Shown: piece after piece, positions 58,376 to 64,000 of the stretch
Position numbering within the stretch: the stretch's first letter is position 1
Layout: each line of letters opens with the position of its first letter
Source of the DNA: Nitrospinota bacterium
GTDB taxonomy: Bacteria; Nitrospinota; Nitrospinia; Nitrospinales; VA-1
NCBI GenBank assembly: GCA_027619975.1
Contig: JAQCGX010000008.1
Location: 8,719 to 72,718 of the forward strand
Direction: 5' to 3'
DNA length: 64,000 nucleotides
The notes under the pieces: generated by a model
The model's database searches: none
Told to the model about the DNA's origin: nothing
Seen by the model: only the letters and a program-made list of their open reading frames with translations
Program-made: the position numbers and the translations under genes

Positions 58376-58685
58376 TTGGATCCGTCGCATTGCAAAAACC
58401 CGGGTCCATGTTTCACCAAGACGATTTCGGATGCTGCTGATGATTTCCATTTTACTGATGGTCGGCGCCATGGGATTCGTCTGGCCAAACGTAAAAAAGG
58501 TGAAAATGTCTTACGAGTATCAACGCCTGGCCCAGGAGCAACACCAGCTATTGGAAGAAAATCAACTGCTTCGGGTAGAGAGGGCGAGTCTGCAGTCGCT
58601 GGACCGAATCTATACGTTGGCAAAAGAACATACTGATCTTGAGCCTCCGAAAGAGGGGCAGATGATAACGGTTTTTTTAAAATAA
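58368..58685 (+). CDS. ftsL: Cell division protein FtsL-like
   Basis: Small bitopic protein (TM, then a leucine-rich coiled coil) between rsmH and ftsI. ATG at 58368 overlaps the rsmH stop. Confidence 0.6.
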   Translation: MFSWIRRIAKTRVHVSPRRFRMLLMISILLMVGAMGFVWPNVKKVKMSYEYQRLAQEQHQLLEENQLLRVERASLQSLDRIYTLAKEHTDLEPPKEGQMITVFLK

Positions 58686-58691
58686 AGCCTT

Positions 58692-60437
58692 ATGCGAAAA
58701 AAAAACCAACCTCTATCAAAGGATTTTCGCTCGATATTACGATTTCGGCTCGCCCTGATCGCTTGCTTTTTTATCCTTTATGGGACCGCTTTAGGCACAC
58801 GGCTGTTTTTTCTGCAAGTCATAAATCATGATGAGCTGGTCGCTCAATCAAAGGAGCAATATCAGGGCATCACAGAAATTGTTTACGGACGAGGAACCAT
58901 TTATGACCGCAACCAGAATGAACTGGCGATGAATATTGAGGTCGAGTCGATCAACATCACCCCGTCCAAAATTATTGACAAACATCAAACAGCCAAATTG
59001 CTTGCGTCCCATCTCAACCTGGACTCAAAAACAATCTTTACAAAACTTTCGTCCAAAAGACCTTTCGTCTGGATCAAGCGCAAATGCGACCTGCAGGAGT
59101 CTGGGAAATTGCGACGCCTCGACTTGCCCGGCGTCGGCTTCATTTCCGAGCAAAAACGGCTTTACCCGAAGCGGGAGCTGGGCGCCAATGTGACCGGCTT
59201 TGTAGGAATGGACAATCAGGGCTTGGCGGGAGTTGAGCATTTTTACCAATCCACCCTTAAAGGAACCACCGTGCGGCGGGTCATAGAAAAGGATGCCCGT
59301 GGGAGAAACATTGGTGCTATCCAGCAAACAGAGAAGTCCGAAACAACCAGCAAGGATGTTGTCCTTACTCTGGATGAAGTGGTCCAATTCATCGCCGAGC
59401 ATCACTTAAAGGATCAGGTCGAAAAATACCAGGCGAAATCCGGTACGGCGATCGTCATGGAACCCTACACCGGGGAAATATTAGCCCTGGCTAACTTTCC
59501 CCAGTTCAATCCAAATAAATTTTCGGCCTATCCGCCGCAAAAATGGGCAAACCCTGCCATCTCCAGTTCGTTCGAACCGGGTTCCATATTCAAACCCATT
59601 GCCGCAGCGGCGGCTCTCGATTCAGGCGCGGTAGATCTCGACGATCTTTTCTTTTGTGAAAACGGGAAATTCCATATCGGCCGGGTGCCTATCGGGGAAG
59701 CATCGAGCCATCGGTTCGGATGGCTGAGTTTGCAGAGTATCATCGCCAAATCCAGCAACATTGGCATCATCAAAATTGCACAACAGCTTGGGGATCAAAA
59801 GTTTTCCAACTACATTCGAAAATTCGGCTTTGGGGAGAAAACAGGGGTGGATCTACCCGGAGAGTCTTCAGGGCAATTGAAAGATGTTTCCCAATGGTCC
59901 GATTTATCCCTCGCCTCAATCTCATTCGGACACGAAATCGCCGTCACCCCCATTCAAATGGTTACGGCATTAAGCGCCATTGCCAACGGTGGAAATCTTA
60001 TGTTGCCGCGAATCACAAAAGCCGTCCTAAAAAATGGTAAAATAGTGGAAACCTTTAAACCTAAAAGGATACGCAGGGTCATCTCGGATAAAACCAGCCG
60101 CCAGATGATTGAGGTGTTGAAAAATACCGTAAAAAACGGAACCGGAATTCCGGCTGCGCTTGCGGAATTTGAAGCTGCGGGAAAAACAGGAACCGCTCAA
60201 AAATATGACCAGGCTTCCGGCGCTTATTCGAAAGAAGACTATCTGGCATCATTCATAGGATTCGTTCCAGCGGACGCTCCCAAAATAGTGGTACTGGTAA
60301 TGATTGACTCTCCCCGCAAAGCTCACTGGGGAGGTGAAGTGGCGGGGCCGGTTTTCCGCAAAATCTCCAAGGAGGTTTTACGATATCTCAACGTCCCGTC
60401 GAAAAACGAGCGGGTCTATTTTCTCAATCGCGCCTGA
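58692..60437 (+). CDS. ftsI: Peptidoglycan D,D-transpeptidase FtsI (class B PBP)
   Basis: 581 aa with an N-terminal anchor and SxxK (SIFK), SSN and KTG(T) motifs. Confidence 0.9.
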   Translation: MRKKNQPLSKDFRSILRFRLALIACFFILYGTALGTRLFFLQVINHDELVAQSKEQYQGITEIVYGRGTIYDRNQNELAMNIEVESINITPSKIIDKHQTAKLLASHLNLDSKTIFTKLSSKRPFVWIKRKCDLQESGKLRRLDLPGVGFISEQKRLYPKRELGANVTGFVGMDNQGLAGVEHFYQSTLKGTTVRRVIEKDARGRNIGAIQQTEKSETTSKDVVLTLDEVVQFIAEHHLKDQVEKYQAKSGTAIVMEPYTGEILALANFPQFNPNKFSAYPPQKWANPAISSSFEPGSIFKPIAAAAALDSGAVDLDDLFFCENGKFHIGRVPIGEASSHRFGWLSLQSIIAKSSNIGIIKIAQQLGDQKFSNYIRKFGFGEKTGVDLPGESSGQLKDVSQWSDLSLASISFGHEIAVTPIQMVTALSAIANGGNLMLPRITKAVLKNGKIVETFKPKRIRRVISDKTSRQMIEVLKNTVKNGTGIPAALAEFEAAGKTGTAQKYDQASGAYSKEDYLASFIGFVPADAPKIVVLVMIDSPRKAHWGGEVAGPVFRKISKEVLRYLNVPSKNERVYFLNRA

Positions 60438-62005
60438 TGAAAACCGCCGCGCAAAAGAATTTTCTAACATTTTCAATGAAACCCCAGACAACCGTGGGCA
60501 ATAAACAAATTAGCAGACTCTCGCAACTGATCCAGGGATTCCCCGTTCTCAATGTTCTTGGAACTTTAGAAAAAGAAATTTCCTCGATCACGTTTGATTC
60601 CAGGAAAGCGACCCCTGGAAGTTTATTTGTCGCCATTCATGGTTTAAAACAGGATGGCAACCGGTTTATTCAGGATGCCCTTAAGCGGGGAGCCGCCGCA
60701 TTCATCACCGAACTTCCAATCTATCAATTAAACGAGTTGGGACTGGCATCCAATAATACAACCGCTATTTGTGTTGAAGACAGCCGTCAGGCCCTGGCCT
60801 GGGTCAGTGCTCTGCATTATGGTCACCCCTCCCGGAACATGGGCATCGTTGGTATTACCGGCACCAACGGGAAAACCACGTTGACCTATATTTTGGAATC
60901 CTTGTACCAAAACCGTGGATTAAAAACCGGCGTGATCGGAACCATCAATTACCGCTACGGGGATTTTCAGGCGCCCGCTTCCGTGACCACACCGGAATCT
61001 CTGGATATCAATCAAATGCTTGCAGACATGGTGGAAAAAGGGGTCAAAGACTGTTTTCTGGAGGTCTCATCGCATTCTCTCGCTCTCAAACGGGTGCATG
61101 AAATACACTTTTCCCTTGGGGTCTTCACCAACTTGAGCCGCGACCACCTGGATTTTCACGTCACCATGGAGCATTACAAAAATGCCAAGAAAGGATTATT
61201 CCAGGACAATTCCATGGAAAAACAGGTCATCAACATCGATGATCCCGTGGGCAAGGAAATCGTCAGCGAAACCAGTAGGCCCACGTTGACCACTGGCATC
61301 GACCGCCCTGCTGATATCAAAGCGGAACAGTGCGTCCTATCCGAATCTGGAAGCCAGTTCATGCTCAAAACACCCTCGGGAAGCCGACAAATTCACACCT
61401 CTCTTCTCGGCAAACACAACATTTATAACCTTCTCAGTGGAGCGGCTACCGCATACTTCCAGGGGTTCTCACTCGATGAGATCGAACAGGGCCTACAAGC
61501 CGTCAGCTACATTCCGGGAAGGTTCGAGCGCATTGATTGTGGGCAGGATTTTTCAGTTGTAGTGGATTACGCCCACACCCACGAAGCCTTGGAGAATGCA
61601 TTGAAGGCGGCCAGGACTCTGACGTCACAAAGCATCATCGTCGTGTTCGGTTGCGGCGGAGACCGCGACCCGGGCAAGCGCAAAGAAATGGCGCGCGTGG
61701 CGCTGGAAATGGGTGACTATACCATCATCACTTCCGACAATCCTCGAACCGAGGACCCAAAACGAATCATTGACGATATTCTCGCAGGTGTGCCGTCTTC
61801 GGCCAGGGAAAACCAGGACTACAGGGTGGTCGCAGACCGGAAACAAGCCATCGAATACGCCATAGAAAACGCCCGACCAGGCGATCTTGTTTTAATAGCA
61901 GGAAAGGGCCACGAGGACTACCAGATACTTGGCTCTGGAAAGATTCATTTTGATGACCGCGAAATCGCGGCCCATGCCATCAATCAGAGGATGAAACGTG
62001 ATTGA
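60437..62005 (+). CDS. murE: UDP-N-acetylmuramoyl-L-alanyl-D-glutamate--2,6-diaminopimelate ligase
   Basis: 522 aa with GITGTNGKTT and the DNPR motif. In dcw position. Confidence 0.92.
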   Translation: MKTAAQKNFLTFSMKPQTTVGNKQISRLSQLIQGFPVLNVLGTLEKEISSITFDSRKATPGSLFVAIHGLKQDGNRFIQDALKRGAAAFITELPIYQLNELGLASNNTTAICVEDSRQALAWVSALHYGHPSRNMGIVGITGTNGKTTLTYILESLYQNRGLKTGVIGTINYRYGDFQAPASVTTPESLDINQMLADMVEKGVKDCFLEVSSHSLALKRVHEIHFSLGVFTNLSRDHLDFHVTMEHYKNAKKGLFQDNSMEKQVINIDDPVGKEIVSETSRPTLTTGIDRPADIKAEQCVLSESGSQFMLKTPSGSRQIHTSLLGKHNIYNLLSGAATAYFQGFSLDEIEQGLQAVSYIPGRFERIDCGQDFSVVVDYAHTHEALENALKAARTLTSQSIIVVFGCGGDRDPGKRKEMARVALEMGDYTIITSDNPRTEDPKRIIDDILAGVPSSARENQDYRVVADRKQAIEYAIENARPGDLVLIAGKGHEDYQILGSGKIHFDDREIAAHAINQRMKRD

Positions 62006-63413
62006 AAGTAACGCACAAGAATGCCTGAAAGTTTTGCGTGGCGACCTCCTGTCCGGGCAAGCGAGCCGGACCTTTCGCGGCGTGTCCATCGACTCCCGGA
62101 CACTTCAGGCGGGCCAGCTGTTTTTTTGTATTCAGGGGCCCCATTTTGATGGTCACCGTTTCATTGCGCAGGCGATTGAAAAAAACGCCGCCGGGATCAT
62201 TCTTTCTAACCAGAAGAAACTGCCTGCCTCCTTGAACTCATCCCGAAAAGAAGCGCAAGCGCTTTTTGCTATTCGAGTGGACGATACGTTATCGGCCCTG
62301 CAGGACCTTGCCCGCTTTCATCGGAGCCGAATGCCGGCCCGCGTGGTGGGGGTCACGGGAACCAACGGTAAATCGACCACCAAGGAAATGATCGCATCTA
62401 TCGCTGAGACGACCTACAAAACTTTGAAGACCAGAGGAAACCTTAACAACCACATTGGCCTGCCGTTGAACGTTCTGGAACTCGACGCCTCACACGAGGT
62501 GGCGGTATTAGAGATGGGGATGAGTGCAGCGGGCGAAATCCGGCAACTGGCGGACATCGCCAAACCCGACATCGGGGTCATCACCAATATTTCCGAGGGC
62601 CATCTGGTACAGTTGAAAACCCTGAAAAACGTGCAGGCGGCCAAGGGCGAGTTGTTTGAAGCGTTGAGCGAGCATGGAACCGCCATCATCAATGCCGACG
62701 ACCCGCTGGTGCTGGAACTGGGCAGATCCTTGCGGGCCAAACAGATCAGTTTTGGAATCGATAATCCTGCCGATGTGAAGGCTGAGAATATTCAAGCCAG
62801 ATCAAATGACGGGCACGATTTTACAGTTTCAATTTTCGGCCAATCATTTTCGGTAGCCCTCCCCTTTCTCGGGTTCTGCAATATCTATAACGCATTGGCG
62901 GCGATTGCAACCGGGTATTCTCTTGGAATCCCGACAACGACTATGACTCAGGGACTTGCTAATTGCCGGTTGCTTTCCCAGCGTTACGAAATTTCACAGC
63001 ACAATTCCATGACCATCATCAACGACGCCTATAACGCCAACCCGCAATCCATGAAGGAAGCGCTGGACACGCTGTCCAAATATAAATCCAGCGGACGCCG
63101 GTTTTTGGTGATTGGAGACATGCTGGAACTCGGCGATTTATCTCAATCCGCCCATAAGGATCTCGGCAAAGAAATAGCCAAACAACCCATTGACGTTTTG
63201 GTCACCGTGGGGGAACTGGCATCTCTGGCCGCAGAGGAGGCCCGTTTAGAAGGCATGCCTAAGGACTGCGCACTCGCCCTTGGCAATCATGAGGAAGCAT
63301 CTGCATATTTAAAAGAAAATACCCGCCCGGGAGACTGCCTTTTGTTCAAAGGATCACGTGGCGCAGGCATGGAGAAGGTCATTCAGGCGTTGGTTAACTC
63401 AGAAAACAACTAA
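61998..63413 (+). CDS. murF: UDP-N-acetylmuramoyl-tripeptide--D-alanyl-D-alanine ligase
   Basis: 471 aa with GVTGTNGKSTT and DAYNANP. In dcw position. Confidence 0.92.
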   Translation: MIESNAQECLKVLRGDLLSGQASRTFRGVSIDSRTLQAGQLFFCIQGPHFDGHRFIAQAIEKNAAGIILSNQKKLPASLNSSRKEAQALFAIRVDDTLSALQDLARFHRSRMPARVVGVTGTNGKSTTKEMIASIAETTYKTLKTRGNLNNHIGLPLNVLELDASHEVAVLEMGMSAAGEIRQLADIAKPDIGVITNISEGHLVQLKTLKNVQAAKGELFEALSEHGTAIINADDPLVLELGRSLRAKQISFGIDNPADVKAENIQARSNDGHDFTVSIFGQSFSVALPFLGFCNIYNALAAIATGYSLGIPTTTMTQGLANCRLLSQRYEISQHNSMTIINDAYNANPQSMKEALDTLSKYKSSGRRFLVIGDMLELGDLSQSAHKDLGKEIAKQPIDVLVTVGELASLAAEEARLEGMPKDCALALGNHEEASAYLKENTRPGDCLLFKGSRGAGMEKVIQALVNSENN

Positions 63414-63417
63414 AAAC

Positions 63418-64000
63418 ATGTTTTATCATATTTTCTATCCGCTCAGTGCCGACTACTCAATCTTCAACGTGTTCCGCTACATCACGTTCCGGTCGGCCTA
63501 TGCCGGAGTGACAGCCCTCGTGCTCAGTCTGGTCCTGGGAACCTACATGATCCGCCTTCTGCAAAAATATCAGATCGGGGAAAAAATTCGCGCCCACGGC
63601 CCGAAACAACATAGTGTTAAATCAGGCACACCGACGATGGGGGGAATGCTCATCCTTTTCACCTTTCTGTTATCCACCCTGCTTTGGGCCAATTTATCGA
63701 ATAATTACATCTGGGTGATCATTTTCGCAACAGTCGGGTTTGGAGGCATTGGTTTCTATGATGACCTGACCAAATTAAAAAGCGGCGATGGCTTATTCGT
63801 CCGAACGAAACTCATACTGCAAACGCTCATCGCCCTGGCCATTGGTGTTTATTTGATCTATTTCGATCCCATCCGGGCAGATTACGCCACAAAACTGTCC
63901 GTGCCTTTCTTCAAGCAACTGCAACCGGACCTCGGCGTCGGTTATCTTTTTTTCATTGTCTTTATCATCGTCGGAACCTCCAATGCCGTCAACCTGACAG
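63418..64000 (+). CDS. mraY: Phospho-N-acetylmuramoyl-pentapeptide transferase (5' part, runs off the window)
   Basis: MFYHIFYPL..FNVFRYITFR..KSGTPTMGG is typical of the MraY N-terminus. Truncated by the window end. Confidence 0.9.
   Translation, partial: MFYHIFYPLSADYSIFNVFRYITFRSAYAGVTALVLSLVLGTYMIRLLQKYQIGEKIRAHGPKQHSVKSGTPTMGGMLILFTFLLSTLLWANLSNNYIWVIIFATVGFGGIGFYDDLTKLKSGDGLFVRTKLILQTLIALAIGVYLIYFDPIRADYATKLSVPFFKQLQPDLGVGYLFFIVFIIVGTSNAVNLT

Overview
All calls come from reading the sequence and the ORF track by eye. No database search was run, so family names rest on motif recognition. The window is mostly a bacterial chromosomal core. It carries trxA, bioB, aroA, pntAB, gltX, glnS, an aconitase, cspA, a System I cytochrome c maturation (ccm) cluster on the minus strand (49.7-56.5 kb), and the start of the dcw cluster (mraZ-rsmH-ftsL-ftsI-murE-murF-mraY, 56.9-64.0 kb). 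There is one tRNA (anticodon CAU), and no rRNA, CRISPR array, transposase or phage genes. The lineage cannot be fixed from this window; the Cys-type CcmE and the ThyX-like gene point away from enterics. The best-supported unusual signal is a set of six small non-coding mobile elements (132-230 bp) in two terminal-inverted-repeat (TIR) families. Four of them have clean 4-bp target-site duplications. Their centre is an inverted pair of hairpins, each preceded by GTGG/GTAG, which is the REP/BIME-like layout. Both stems stay paired between the two families through compensatory substitutions. These elements sit inside the ccm operon, on both sides of cspA, exactly at a stop codon, and next to a decayed copy of a gene's 3' end. 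Other accessory-looking spots: a visibly AT-rich gene in a segment bracketed by identical 41-nt repeats (19.2-21.0 kb); a small islet with a HEPN-like ORF interrupted by an in-frame TAG, a parDE pair with a palindromic operator, and a ribonuclease-inhibitor-type LRR protein (38.3-41.1 kb); two gene relics (ThyX-like 3' end, GH15 C-terminus); a DUF1326/DUF2182 Cys/Met-rich cluster; and variant CcmE/CcmH motifs. Many long ORFs in the track are antisense shadows of real genes and were not called.
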